Assembly: GCA_013239625.1 (NCBI GenBank)
Contig: MU054187.1
Coordinates: 1,181,587-1,245,586 of the forward strand
DNA: 64,000 bases
Direction: 5' to 3'
Origin: Lama guanicoe
Lineage: Eukaryota
The notes beneath the pieces were generated by a model. That model was not told the origin of the DNA. It ran no database searches and saw only the letters and a list, made by a program, of their open reading frames with translations. This document shows, in pieces, positions 13,820 through 27,420 of the stretch (within the stretch, counting starts at the first letter, position 1; every line of letters starts with the position of its first letter). A program made the translations under genes and the position numbers.

Positions 13820-14115
13820 GGCCGTACCGCACAACGCTGGAGGCTGGAAGCCCCAAATCAAGGTGTCAGCAGGGCTGGTTTCTTTGAGACCTCCTTCCTT
13901 AGCTTCTAGGCAGCTGTCTTCTCCCTGTGTCTTCACACTCTTCCCTCTGTGGGTGCTGGTCTTAATCTCCTCTTCTTACAAAGTTACCAGCCATATGGGA
14001 TAGAGTCCACACTGATGACCTCCTTTTAATGTAATTATCTCTTTGAAGACCATCTGAGGTACAGGGGTTAAGATTTCAACACATTAATTTGGGGAAAACA
14101 GTTCATCTTGTTGCA
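13820..14115 (-). mobile_element. MaLR LTR (MLT1B-like), partial
   Basis: ctggaggctggaagccccaaatcaaggtgtcagcagggctggtttct...taatctcctcttctt...tctgaggtacaggggttaagatttcaac. Confidence 0.85.
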
Positions 14116-14644
14116 GTCAGATTACATAAATACTACATTTATAGAAATTATTACTTGAAAGAAAATCAGTAGGACTACGGAGATTATTCAAAATGTAGCA
14201 TCATATAACTACTGTCTCTAGAGAAGAATAACTTATGCTGTCGTGTGACTGGAGAGAACACCTAATCATGAAAAAAAGACCTAATAATAAGACAGATTAA
14301 CTTAAGATTATTAGGATATGTGGAAGACTCAATCAAGTTGTCAGTGTCTGCCTTCTCTTTTATACAAAAGTCTATGAGATAATGGGAAAATAATAAAATA
14401 AATCCATAGCATAACAAAGCTAAGACTATCTAACATTGTGTTGGAGACTGAGTAATTCCTGAAAGTAAAAAAGGGGAAATGGGAGATAGATCAATGGGTT
14501 AAATGAGATGATCACACCTGTAACAATACATCAGGGTCAGACTAGCGCAGAGTCCAGGCAGCACTAAGCCAGATTCAGCAGATTCAGAAACATACAGGGC
14601 CCAGGAGCACTCGCACAACTTCCAAGGAGTGGCATTTAGCACGG

Positions 14645-15069
14645 GTATGTTTGGCAGCCAGCTGCAGAGATACAGAACTGGAGGGGTGTGTGCAAACACA
14701 CACAGACAGGTATATTTTGAGGAGTGGATTCACGGGATTATGGAGACTGGCAAGTCCCAAACCTTCAGTTCAACTCTGAAGGCCACTAGGCTGGAGACCC
14801 AGGAAGGAGCCTGAGCTCTCTAAGTCCAAAGGCGGTCCACTGCGGAGTTCCTTCTGACTTGGGGAGGTCATTCTTTTGCTCTAGCCAGGCCTTCAGCTGA
14901 TTGGACAAGGCCCACCTGCATTATGGAGGGCAGTCTGCTTCACTGAAATATCCACAGATTTAACTGTTAATCTCACCCAAATTCACCTTCACAGAGCCAT
15001 CAGGAATATGTTTGACCACATATCTGACCACCGGGGCTGGGCCAAGTTGACACAAAATTAACCATCACA
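14645..15069 (-). mobile_element. ERVL solo LTR (MLT2C/D-like)
   Basis: Ends in the diagnostic gccaagttgacacaaaattaaccatcaca; internal ggccttcagctgattggacaaggcccacc..cattatggaggg. Confidence 0.85.
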
Positions 15070-17564
15070 CATTCTGTTTCTCCTCTACCTTTGCTGACTA
15101 GCGGCAAAGCATAAACCGAGGAGGTGGCCAGTGGGGCTGACAAGAGGCCCCAGAGATGGACAGTGAGCACCGAATCACTCCTCCCAGCAGCACCGCTCAT
15201 CTCACCCTCAGGAGCCAGGCGCAGGCCAAAGTGACCAAAGCAGCCAGAAAATGAGGACAGGTCCCACAGTCAGTGGTACCTGTCAGATGCTCGGGGTGCA
15301 TGCGAGTCTAAGGAGGAAGCATTAGACAGCACCTCCCTCCAAGACATTTTGAAAATTTAGAGAGAAAGGGAAGGGAATAAAATCAAACCTCAGAAGGAAG
15401 TGCATTTTTAAGGCGACAGTGTAAATATTGCACAGTAATGCACCTTTTCTCCTGGTGACACCCCAGCACACTGTGAATAGGAAGGAGCGCCAGTGATGTC
15501 AATATTGACAGATGACTGAGCAGAGGAGACGACTCTGCTGCCAGCCTTCATCTCAAGCTCTCAGAAGAGTCCCTCACCCCCGCGTTCTCCAGAAACATCC
15601 ATGCACAGTTTCAGAGCACCTGCGTTCCAGCAGTACATCTGCTGTATGTGGATGTGGTTTTTACAGTTTACTTAGGGAGACTCTTAATAAAATAGGTGAA
15701 AGATTTCTCTGAAGTATTAATTCTGATCTACACCTAATAGTATGTCCCTGGCAGCATTTGCAGTTTTACCTGAGAAGTGGTTTCCCAGCTGTCATCACAG
15801 ACGTACTGTTCTGAGTCACTTGCGTCAGCAAATCGTAGGTTCTTCTTTGACAGATTAAAAGTAGAGAAAAATCACGGCCACTCAGTGCTGGTGCGGGCAC
15901 ATCACTCTCCGGAGGGTCAGTTCTTCTCGGCGCTGCAGACGCTCTTCAACTGGCACTGCGTTTGCTTCATTGTTCAAATGTCAGTTTAAAGAAAATGTAG
16001 GCACTGCAAGAATTCCTATGTAACCTACATAGAAAATGAGCACTAACGGCATTGACATCTTTAGACAAATGTTCCCCTGTTGAGTTGAAATCCATGCAAG
16101 AGACGTCAATTCCTGACTGTTAGTACAGAGACTCCTGATATAGAAATTGCATCTAATACAGTAAGATTCTGCGATAACACTGGAGTACATGCCTCTCTCT
16201 AGCATGGCCCCAGATTGGAAACATTTGCTAGACTGGTTAAGAAGATTTTAAGATCTGAAATTATTTAAGATTTAGTTTGTTCTCCCCCAGACCACACAGT
16301 CTTCCCAAGCACAGAGCTGTGTGCTGCCTCCGAATGAAGGGAGAAAGCACCCGTAACGGAAAGGGTGGGTTACAGGCTGCAGTTACACAATCAGACTTCA
16401 TCCCATGGGCCTGCATCATGTTTGAGAAAATAAGCCGTCCTGCTCATTAAGCGGCGAGCACAAGAAGTCCCCCCTAAATGTGTGTCCCACACGCCCACAA
16501 GCCCATCCAGAGGTTTCCTGCCCATCAGCTCGACTCCGGAGCCCGACGAGCAGAGCCCACCCTGGTCCGCCCCTAGACGCTCAGTGCTCAGCACGGCTCA
16601 GAAAAATGGTGACGCCCAGTACACGTGTAAGGGCTTCTTTTTCATGGATGCATATATTTTGTTGAATTAGCTGCAGAGAACTTTTGAATGAGAAACTTTT
16701 GAACAGTCATTATTGAGTGTGAGACTGGTGTTATAGCAAGAGGGAGGGCCGCAGGAGGAAGAGCTGGTCGACATCTGGCCTCTGAGACACCAGCCGTTCA
16801 GCCTGTGAAGAGCTGAGTGTCTGTTATGGGAGGACACCCTGCGAGGCAATGAGAAAGCCGATGTCACTGGAGTAATGCTGTCTTTGTTGTCAAAGGAGGG
16901 TAGTGGGTGGCGGGAGGGCAGAAGCAGACTCTTGACGTCACCACCCCGTTCCAAAGCTCCCCGGGTCATCGCCGATCTTCCAGACGCTCAGCCCCTTTCA
17001 AAGGATGCTCCTGGCACGTTGGACATTTTCTCAATTTCTTTTCATCTCAAGGTTGTTCCACAATGTGTTCTTCCTCCCTGAAATATTGTTCACCTCGACC
17101 TGTAATCTTCCTCAGTAGGGCACAACTTCTTTCCAGGGTTCCCTTCTTTTTTCAGGCCTCATCTAGAAAGTTATTTCCATGGAGAATTAGATCCTGAATC
17201 GAATTAGGAAATCGGAGTTAAGCAGCAGACTCCTTACAGTCCCTTACGCTCCTTAGCGTAGTTCCTCCTGTCTTTTCCTTCAGAGCAATCTGACCGCCTT
17301 AACTAACTATCCAAGTTAGTAAGTAGTATGTATTCATTAAATTATAAGTTCCAAGAAAGCAGAGATCGACTCAGTCTTCTTACACCCCTGCTCCACTGCA
17401 CGAATGATAAATGAGTAGATGTGTGTGTCTCCACACGAGGGATCGGAGCAGGATCAGAGCACACGATGAACACAGGAGCGGAGGAGAGTCACCTCCTTAG
17501 TTAGGAGATCAGGAAAGGCCCTCCTGGAGGACAGGAAGTTTGGATGAGACTGGAGGAATAAACA

Positions 17565-17715
17565 GTGAGACAGTAGTTAAAAGAACTGAATCCAGAATCC
17601 CATTGCCTGGGTTTGTCACTTTACCATGGAACACTTGCAAGTGGGCTAAGCTTCAGTTTCTTTATCTGTAAAATGGAGGTAATAAATATACGTTACACAC
17701 CGAGTTGCTGTGCAC
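17565..17715 (+). mobile_element. MIR SINE
   Basis: Core motif gcttcagtttctttatctgtaaaatggaggtaataa, preceded by tgcctgggttt. Confidence 0.75.
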
Positions 17716-18887
17716 CACATTTATATGCAAATGCAAATCATGAACTTATCTGAATCCTGGTATATTATAAAAGGTAAGTAATGGAAGAGGAGGGTGATCA
17801 AGCAAGGACTCGGCGTGAACAAAGGCACGAAAGCCTGAAACTCAACTCTGGACAAGTCGCGTGACTTTGGACCAGCTCTGAATGCGGCAATTCAGTGACA
17901 CAGGGAAGCCTGGAGCCAACAGGAGTGACTTGCCTGCTTCCACATGTGAATCGCCTTATTTTTCCTTTGGGTTTTTTTGTTTCACTTTGCATGCAGTCCA
18001 GCAGTAGTTTTGGGGGATTGTGCCGTCAGTAACTCCTGGGCTGTACAAAAATATAAACATTTGTGTCAGTATGGGGTTACATGACCAATAACGATTAAGC
18101 GGAGCTGTGAATTAGGTTTCGAGGGCTGTTTGAGAGGACTGGTAAGGAGGCAGCTGTGGCAGCCTGATGGGTTTACGTGTTCTTTACTGAGTTCATCCTG
18201 GCTGCTCGCACAAGGTGTTCTGCCTCAGAGACAGGCTTCTTCCCACTTCAGAGTAAATAACTGATCTGTTTCCCAGCCCCCACAACGTGCTTTAAACCTT
18301 ACTGCAAGTCATGAGGGCCCGAGGGAATTCTTCCCACATAAATTACCAGAAACTCCACAGGTAGGGGATGACAGAAATAACTTTGCTCCACGTATAAGGG
18401 GATTGAGGCTGCCGCCCCCTCCCCTCTCGAAAGAGTCTCCTGGGGAGTGTAATGGTTCTGAGCGCTAACTCCAGCCCTTTGGGCACAATAAAGCCACTCC
18501 AGGAGCCATGTGACCTTGTGTATCTGGGTGTCTACGGTTCAGAGATATTTCCAAAACCCCGGGTCCCGTTTCTCTTTGACATGTACCTACCTAGGAAGGC
18601 AACCTCTCCACTTTGGGGTGTGACCTAAGAGCTGGCCTGGGCTGCAGCCGTCTGTCCATCTCAGGGAGATGGAAGAAGTGTATTACCACTTCAGATCAGA
18701 GAAGTAAACTCTGCAGATGACCACAGATCTAATTTCCGTGTCATGCAGAGAGTAAGATGCTTTTAGGGGAAGTGAGGTGAACATGTCCTATGTCTATGTT
18801 GCATACATTTTCCTGTCTCATTAGACTAAGGCTTCTTGTGTGGGCTCTGACAACTCTGGGGCAGATTCATTTCCCCACAAAGCCTTT

Positions 18888-19312
18888 TGTCAACTTTAAT
18901 CATAAAACAGCCAGTGATCTCACCAGCAAAATGAGTTTATCCAGGAATAGCCAGAGAAACTGCAGTTCAGGAAATACAAGCTGTGGCTGCAGAAAACAAA
19001 GGAGGGTTTGCTTTTATAGAGAAAGGGGGAGTTGGGAGGGGCTGTTCTAAGTGAAAGCTCGTTGGAGGAAAGTGAGAGCTGAGGGTGAATACGGCTCCTC
19101 ATTGGCTGAGCTGTGGTGTTTCCATTGGCTGGGCTTGTTGCTAGGCGAGGAGGAGATCTCCCTCCCTGCACCTGAGAAGCCAAGTAGGGACCTTTCTCCT
19201 GCTGGACAGTTCAGGTGTGTCTCTTCCTGTTTGGGGTGATTGACGAGTGGCAGGGCATGAGAGGTCCCTTCCCAATTCTAATTTTAGTTGAGGTTTCCTT
19301 TATTAATTTACA
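18888..19312 (-). mobile_element. Probable ERV solo LTR (family not identified)
   Basis: About 425 bp bounded by TG...CA. On the minus strand, two CCAAT boxes (19124-19128, 19101-19105), CTATAAAAG (19011-19019) and a variant poly(A) signal GATAAA (18936-18941) occur in U3-R order. Confidence 0.6.
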
Positions 19313-20224
19313 CATTTTATTTTTTGATTAGCATTTTCAAATTCTTTAAATATTAATCTCATAGCAACAGTATCAGTATATTAGAGCTGATAAGAAAATT
19401 TTGTTTCTTACAAAGCTTTGAAATCAGGGTTGTCCTAAATGCATTTGTTTGAAAATGAAGTAGCATATACTTTGAACGTGAAATGCTTAAAACTCTTACA
19501 TGAAACAAATCAAATAGCATAATTCCAAAATCCTGACTGATATTATTTGAAGTTCCATCAAAATTAAGTTGTCTCTTCCAGGACCAGTTCACACACTGAT
19601 ACTTGTAATGCCAAAGACAGAGATTTAAGGTACCACAACCCAGAGAAATATTTTTAAAGTTTTCTGAATTCTTTATTTGCAAATATAAAGCCCAAGTGTT
19701 ATTTGGGTATTAATCTCCTTGTTTTCAGATGGGATTAAGTTCTTTCCTGAGATTTCATTCTGGTCCCTAGAAATGGCTGGCATTAGTTTCTCAGTGTTGA
19801 GAGCATGCATTTGAGACAGCAGAAACCTGCATAGAAGCAGGTAGTTCTGCTTGTCCACGTGCAATGTTTTCCCTTTTGCTGCAGCATTTGCTAGTGTTTC
19901 AGTGTCCATCCCCCCACCTCATCCTCAGTCATAACATTTGTTTGATGATTTGTATGGTAACAATTTATACTCATTTATGAAGCATGAGATAAAGTTAAAA
20001 TTACACAGTTCCTATATGGCATCTAAGTACCGTACCTTGCCTAAATTATTTTTTCTATATACAGTGTAAGGGACAGATCTGAAGCTTCATCAAATCTAAG
20101 TTTGTCTGGACAGCTAATTCAAGGATAAAACTTGAGGAAGTAAAACAGATATGCACAATTAATATTCTGCAAAATCCTTCTCAATATCTGACAACAAGCA
20201 AAATGAGAGTCATGAGATTTCTTA

Positions 20225-20410
20225 TGGAAATATGTTATTCTATGAACTTAGGCATGTTAATAACCTCTTTATTTCTTAGTTTTTTCATCTATAAAGTGAG
20301 AATAATAATTGCAACCCCTTCAATATGGCTTAAAAAGGATAGTTGTATGTAAACCTCTTAGACTAGGGCCCAGATCATAGAAGGTTCTCAATAAAAGTTA
20401 GCTAGTTATT
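20225..20410 (+). mobile_element. MIR SINE (3' part)
   Basis: gaacttaggcatgttaataacctc...agttttttcatctataaagtgagaataata...ctcaataaaagttagctag. Confidence 0.75.
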
Positions 20411-23400
20411 TACTAGCATTACTACCTTGATGCCATATTGGCTATATTTAGTGAACTCTAGCAAAACGACTGTAACTATTGACTCATCCATTCGTTGAAC
20501 AAAGTTTATGGAATGCCACCAGAAGCATGGCTACAAGTTTATCGTTTCGTTTCTCAGTTTTCCTAACCCTGATTTATTTCCATATTTTTTCCTTCCATCA
20601 TGTTCTTAATTTGTTTCAGTCCATCCAGAAGAATTAGGCAGTAGCTTTCATCTGTTTGTGGGTGTGTCTTACTGTGCCTTCACTGTCTATGCAAACTCTG
20701 TTCCTCGTCGCCTTTTCCTTATGGCTGCTCTGTGGGTGCTTTGTTCCTGGTCTGCACTTTTTACATGGTGGCTTTTTTTTTTCTTGAACTTTTAGGAGGG
20801 AGAGTACATAAGGTTTGCTCTTCTAGCATTGTGGCTTTAGAGATTCTGCTTCTATCATATGAATTTTCGAAAAAGATAAGTCTCATGCTTTCTGATCAGT
20901 CCTGGGTCTGCTGTTCCTCCCACATTTGCTGTATCTTCCCTTCTCTTTTCAATCTGGAACACATTCGTGGAGGCTTCTCTGCAGATCAGGGTTTCGTCCT
21001 GGAAGGGAACTTTGGCTGGACGATTTGGTGTGACAGGGTTTACTGTCCCAGCACCTGCAGACCCCCACTCACCTGCTCATTTGAGGGGTAATCCTACTCA
21101 GCTGCACTGCTCAGATCGGCCTGCCGTGCTTTCATAGGGTTCCAGCACGAGCGAGTTCTCCTCCTGTTCTTTCACCCCCGTCAGCGGCTTCCTCCCCTCT
21201 GCTTCCTTCCACCGGGTATTAGCACTGGACCTGGGGCTGCTCTTGTGTTGGGGTGTTGGCGGATACCTGGTCTCCTTTGTGCTGTCATTGCTGTGGGTGT
21301 TACTCATTTATTAACATGACAGATACAGAGATTATATGTGTGTGTGTGATTGCATCTGTGTCAGCCACTCAGTTTTTTTTTGGTGAGGGGGCTAATTTAA
21401 GGAGATCAAACACCTAGACTGGCACCACCTCCAACTTCCTTCTGCTGTAACATCCCAAGTTCCACACCCTAAGCTGGGTAGAGCACACCACTGTTGACTT
21501 CGTTTTTCTTTGCTGTCTCGTATGTTACACCTATTCATTTGTGCGTCTCAAACGCCTGGTGAAGTAAGAGATGCGGTCATTTTGTAACTGGTCGTAGACA
21601 CTGATGCATTTGAAAACTGGCTGTTGAGGCTATAAAAGCTGTTTGGACTTTTTGTTGTTGTTCGGGCTAGTTTTCTGCCCTCACTTTCCTGGAGGACTTT
21701 TCCCAGAGCTACGGAATTGCAGAAGCAGTGATTTGTTTTCTAGAAGATGCTTCTCTTCACGAGCCGGTGTTTGTCTGCTTTAACTGGGAAGCAGCACTTG
21801 ATCTGCACATCAAAGATGGCTTTGAGCCACTTTCGCAAAGGGAAGCAAGTGTGTCTTCTTGAATTCTTGGCATTTATAGTCATCCGGAGAGAGCTAATAA
21901 AAATAGTTTTCTAAAGCTGCCTGATGGTGCTAATGGCCCTTTACTGAGTTTAATCAAGCTTAAGGTTCGGGAGATGGAGGAAACACATGCTTTTTGCTAT
22001 TGTTCTGTATCTGGAAGGGCCCTGAGGCTTAAATTTCTTTTGAAACCTGTCCGTCGCTCCCCGAGCCAGCGATGATAGCATTTCCTGATGAGAAGCCGGC
22101 AGTGGCGTTACTCTCACCTCTCTCTCTCTTTTTAGCTTCTGAATATGAAATAGAATATGTCACTTTCTCTTCTGAGGGAAAAATAAAGGATGATGATTTT
22201 AAGAAAAGCCAGTCTAGCAGTTTTGATTTTTTCCCCCGTCTGATTGGACGCAAAGCTACTGCTGGGCAAACAGGTGTATTTGGCAGCGAGGCCTGCAGCC
22301 CTGTGTTCGGACTTCAGGTTTGACGTGCAGCTATGTTCGTTCATTTAGGACAGGTTGTGTCTCTCTTTGGTGATAAGATTTAAAAATCTACGAAAGTGGA
22401 AGGTGATGCTTAAGGCTCAGCCAGGCACACTGCATCTTAGTCGTGGGCCTCGCTGTGCAGCTGCTCCGAAGCTGGCGGACGTGAGCACCTGGGAGGTGAA
22501 GAGGAGGCGCCGGGCCAGCGGTGCCTAGTGTAGCTCTCGTCACTTCTCTTCCAGGCAGTTTTACGTCCTGAGAAGAAAAACATTTTCTTACTTGGTGTGA
22601 TAGTAAATGTTTTACATTTCAACGCCCTGCACATATAAATGCATTGTCTGTAGGCATCACTGGTCAGGAAATAAGAAATACTGAATTGAGACAATCAGTG
22701 AAAAACAGAGATTTGTTGGTGCTTCTGTTGTATTGATATTAAAAGTGAAAACTCAGTCTACATGTGTGAAAACAGACAACTGGCCGTTTTATCTAATGAG
22801 TGCTAGTTAAACCTGAGTCTGCATGTGTGCTTATCCAGGGCATGCGTGCTGACCCCCCTCCCCGTCCCCGCACGTTAGACCCTGCGTGTGGCTCCTTCCA
22901 CCTGGACAGGAGCTTGCTCGCTGCAGCGATGCTGCCGTCGCTCAAGGTGAGGTTCCGTCTTGTTTCGGACTTGTTGCTCCGTTTGTGCTCTGGTTTTATT
23001 AAATAAAGTAGTTTGTGGATTCCTTGAGGTGTCATGAAATTTCAGTTTCACAGGATGAAGACCTTGCCCTGCCGAGGAGAGATGCAGAAACCACTCTCAA
23101 GGCAGCTCTAAGAGGAGATTTCAAGAGTCCTAAAGAATGGTGGTGGTTTTTGTCTTGAAAGTGTGAAAGTTTTGTTGAGTAATAAATCCAACGTTATCCT
23201 TGGGAGTTTCATCTATGATTTAAGAGAAATTGTGGAAACTTAAACCAACAAATACTTTTCAGTCTCCACCCACATTTTCTGTTCAAATTCCCCCTCATCC
23301 TGTTTTCAAAAATGTGGATGTTTAGTTATAATCTTAAAATAAGGCAGATAGGTGCTATACTTTAAATAAATCATTCTTTTTATTTACAAACATAAGGTAA

Positions 23401-24329
23401 ATTAAATAACCTAAAAATATTTTGGTACAAAATTTCTAAAACTGGTAGATAAACTATAATGACACTTAAAGTGTAAAACAGAATTCAAAGCAAAGTCAGG
23501 TGAGTATCAGGGTAAAATTGAAAATCAGAGCTGTAAGCAGAAGCTGGCCCTTAAGCGCCTCATGAAGGAAGAGGATATGAGAACAGGGGGCTCTTGCACT
23601 TGGTAGCCAAGGGTTTGAGTTAAAAGTACTATAATTACGGAAAATGTTAAGCATATATAGATATACAAGAAATAGAATTATAAACAACCACATACCCATC
23701 ACCAAACAAAATGTGTTTCACTTTTGCCTCTTCTCAATTCTCAACGCTTCTCTCCAGGTTATTCTGAAAGAAAAAACCAAACATACAATTTCACCTGTGA
23801 AGCGTTTTAACAGGCATATATAAAACGGGCCTTCTAAACAAGCATAATCAAATACGGTTATCTCACTGAAAAATATACAGAATCTAGTCAGGGTTCGAAG
23901 TTGAGGTGTTAAATTTAACCGTCAGGTGCAGTCAGGAGACTAGGGCGTCTTCAAGGTGCTTCCGTGAAGGAGACTAGAAACTTCCAAAAAACGAGGAGAG
24001 ACGTTGAGGGAGCTTGTCGATTGCACCCGGTCTCCGGGTGAAAATATAGTCTTCTTTGAACATTTGTAACTATGCACCTGCCATTAGATGGATTTGGGAT
24101 TCAAATTTTCAAATTCTGTATGATCTGGAAACATGTAGTAAAAGATGAGAACACTGAAGTCGGCTGCAAACTGAAAATGCTGCCGGAAAGAGACATCCTT
24201 GCCTCGGGACACACAAGACTCCTGCAGACAAGACCACGCGAACAGGAGTCTGCCGTCCAGGCTCCAAAGCCCACAAGGAAGCGTCCAAGACAGTGCAGGT
24301 CGGGAAACAAAGCAAGCAAACACGTGACC

Positions 24330-24640
24330 CCGAGGTTTCCCGTAATAAGGGCTTCATCATAGGGATGCTGAGTCTAAAGTCAGTGTATTTTAAATGGTCA
24401 GTTAAATGAGTGATTAAAATACAACAGTTTACTGTCAAACAATATACCAGACAGATCTGCAAAAGGAAGAACCAGACATTCTAAAAATGCAAAATACAGC
24501 CATTGAAATTAAAACCTCGATGTATTTGTTAAATAACATAAAACACAGCTGTTAAAACATGAGGTAGTTAGAAAGGACTACGGAGCTGAATGAATTACAC
24601 TCTGATTTAAAGGACAGAAAAACAGAAGCGGTAAGAGACG
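24330..24640 (+). mobile_element. Old L1 ORF1-region fragment
   Basis: A-rich aagaaccagacattctaaaaatgcaaaatacagccattgaaattaaaacctcgatg resembles the L1M ORF1 coiled-coil region. Confidence 0.55.
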
Positions 24641-26289
24641 TCAGTGGGGGAAGACACCCAGTGACTCACTCTGCCCTGCATCCGTGATCTGCCTGCATTT
24701 CAAAAGCACTTCTTCCCTTTCTTCATCATAAAATGAAAAATGAAATTTACTATGTAACCGTGTATTATTTTTTATTTCCTCTCCTTAATTTGTACTCTGG
24801 TTTCCTTAATATATGATCTTCTTTCTTTATTCCTTTCCACTATGTATTTTCATTATTTTACCAACCTTTTTCTATTATTGCCTTTCGAATTTAAATATAC
24901 CATTTCAGTACTTTTGTGCACTTGTGTGCATGCGTGTGTGTCTGTTGGGTTGCAATCTCTTGATTAATGGGGTTAAATATTGAACAAAAAATTTAGGAAT
25001 GTCCTGAATATCACTGTATAAATAGCTAATCATAGACTAATAAAAGTAAGAAAGACATTTAGACCAAATGATTCTGAATAAGGTTCGAATTCAGACCCAC
25101 GTAGATTCAGTCTCCCATTGTACCATTGGGTATGGATCACCCCTCCCAGCTGCCGAGGCACTCATGCTGCCGGGATTACACACTTGCTTTAGTGCACACT
25201 GAAGTCTGAGCTGCCTTAAGGTGCAGAAATGATGGTCTCGATTTTCAAAACTGAGACTGCTCTCTGAACTGAAATGGCACATCCCAACGTGCGTGTGTGT
25301 CAGTATGGGCGCCAGCAGCTGCTTGGGCAGGTTGCCACGGTTGGAGCCTGTCTCGTTAGAACACGATGGAGAGGCCGTTGGAGAAAGCTTCCTTCTACTG
25401 TCCACCAGGACGTGCAGATGCAGCAAAGTCTATTCCTGGGCTGCAGTGTAGTTTCAGGAATTTCGTCGAAAGGTTTCTCAATCGATATCTGCCCTTAGCA
25501 GACAGGCTCGATTACATACTGCTTTTGATTATGGGAAAACTCGTTTACTTTATAGCTCTGTCTTAAATAAATAACATTTTCAAGATAAACAGTAAAAGAT
25601 ACATGAAAATTTAAAACCTGCCTTTTAACTTCATTTGCAGGTTCCTGTTTTGAGTCTATACATTCACTGTCAGCGCTATGTATGAAGTTCTCATTAACTG
25701 GAGATGCTCTGTCTGTTGGTCACTCGCTTTCTCCTGGAATGGAAATGCAGGACAGCAGTGGCTACACAGGACAAGAAAATAAAACTGTTAAATTCAACAT
25801 TCTGAATTTACTTTATGTTGTCAAAATTATGTAGACGTGCTTAGAAGAAACTGATGCTTGAAAAACGCATCTTTAGTTTACAGCTTCTTCATAAACCCTT
25901 TTTATCGTGGGAAACTTACATAAACACATAAAGAATAGTGTAATCACTATGCTGTCTTCTTTCGTTTCTCCTCAACATCATTTTTTCAGAAATATTCAAA
26001 AGTAAATTTGGGTTCCCTCTCATTGCCACGATGCCTACCTAAGATACGAGGACTGTTTCTACATAACTAGCTTCTCATGATCATAATTTTGAAGCTACTG
26101 GTAACCTGTATCAGTATTTAACAGGCAGTTTCCAGATTTTTGTTTGTGCTCCCGAGGTTTGGGATGCTATTTGCCCCAGATTGTCCTGACCGCTAGGATT
26201 CGTCTATGAACAGAGTTATTATTCTCGAGGAAAACACTCACTTTGAATTTAACTAGTGTTTTTATCTATTTTTTCAGTTTATGCTTGCA

Positions 26290-27420
26290 TCTTTATTCCC
26301 TTAGTATGAACATCTTGGTGCTTTTTTCCTCTGGCTCGTGGAGAATTTTCGCCATCGTCGCCTGTTTTGACCGGTTCGGTAGTGGTGTGCTCGGTACAGT
26401 CTTCCGCACGCCCCTCATGCAGGCTTTGCCGAGCACCGGGGGTCTGTGTTCCAGCCGTTGTTCCGCAGATGTAGTTCTATTCCCTCTTCTAATCTAGACA
26501 TTCTGACTACGGGGATAGTTTGCCGCTTGTGGTGATCTGTTTATTTTTTAATGTTTATTCTTCCTGTATTTCGTAAGTCTTCAAATTCAGTATTTTATTT
26601 TTCTTTGTAATGTCTAAGTTGCTGGCAGTACCGTTCAGTGGGTTTCTTCTTTAATCTCAGGCGCTGTGATTTTCATGTCTGGAAGTTGGACTGGGGACTT
26701 TTCTGTGTCTTCTGTGTCTCCACCGAACACTTTGAACGTGTGGGATCTAGTTGCAGTTATTGTCCTGAGGGCCTCGTCTGCTGACTCTCACGTCGGTGTT
26801 GGCTCTGAGTCCGTTTTGCTCGACGTTCGTCGCCTTATGCTGGGTTGAGCTGCCCTGCTCCTTGGCATGCCTGGTAACTTTTTATGGGATGTCAAATGTG
26901 AATTTTACCGTGTGCTGGACATTTTTTATATTCCTACAAATAGTATTAAGCTCTGTTCTGGGATGTAGTTATTTAGAAAGAGTTTGATCCTTTTGCATTT
27001 TGTGTTAAGATTTCTTAGGCTGGACCAGAGCTCTTGTGTTGGCTTGGGGTTACTTATACCTCCTTATTGACCATGGAACTTCCAAGTAATTTGCCCAGTG
27101 CTCCGTGTACCCTGGGTGGGAGAAAGGCACCCCTCCTGGTCCGCGTGAGGACGGGCACTATGACATCTGAGGTTTGCAGGTGTTTCTTTCCCTGGCCTCG
27201 AGTAACTTCCTCCCTTACGCATGCCCTCCTCGGACACACGCTCCAGGCAGTCAGCAGGGGAAACCACAGGCCTCACCTCAATTTTCCTCATTTCTGTGGT
27301 TCACTGACTTTATTGCCTGATGTCCAATGTTTTCAATCCCTGTGCTTCATATATTTGGTTTTTATTGTTTTATGCAGGAGTGTAAATCCTATCTCTGTTA
27401 CTCTTGGCCTGTAGCCTAAG
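26290..27420 (-). mobile_element. Old L1 (L1MC/ME-like) 5'/ORF1 region
   Basis: Antisense-L1-like blocks: ttttttcctctggct; gtcttcaaattca; ttggcatgcctggtaactttttatgggatgtcaaatgtgaattttacc; ctctgttctgggatgtagtta; ttgcctgatgtccaatgt. Confidence 0.7.

Noticed and set aside
16933..16940. Second full CRE palindrome TGACGTCA
   Set aside because: An isolated 8-mer with no island or promoter context; about one is expected by chance in a window of this size.
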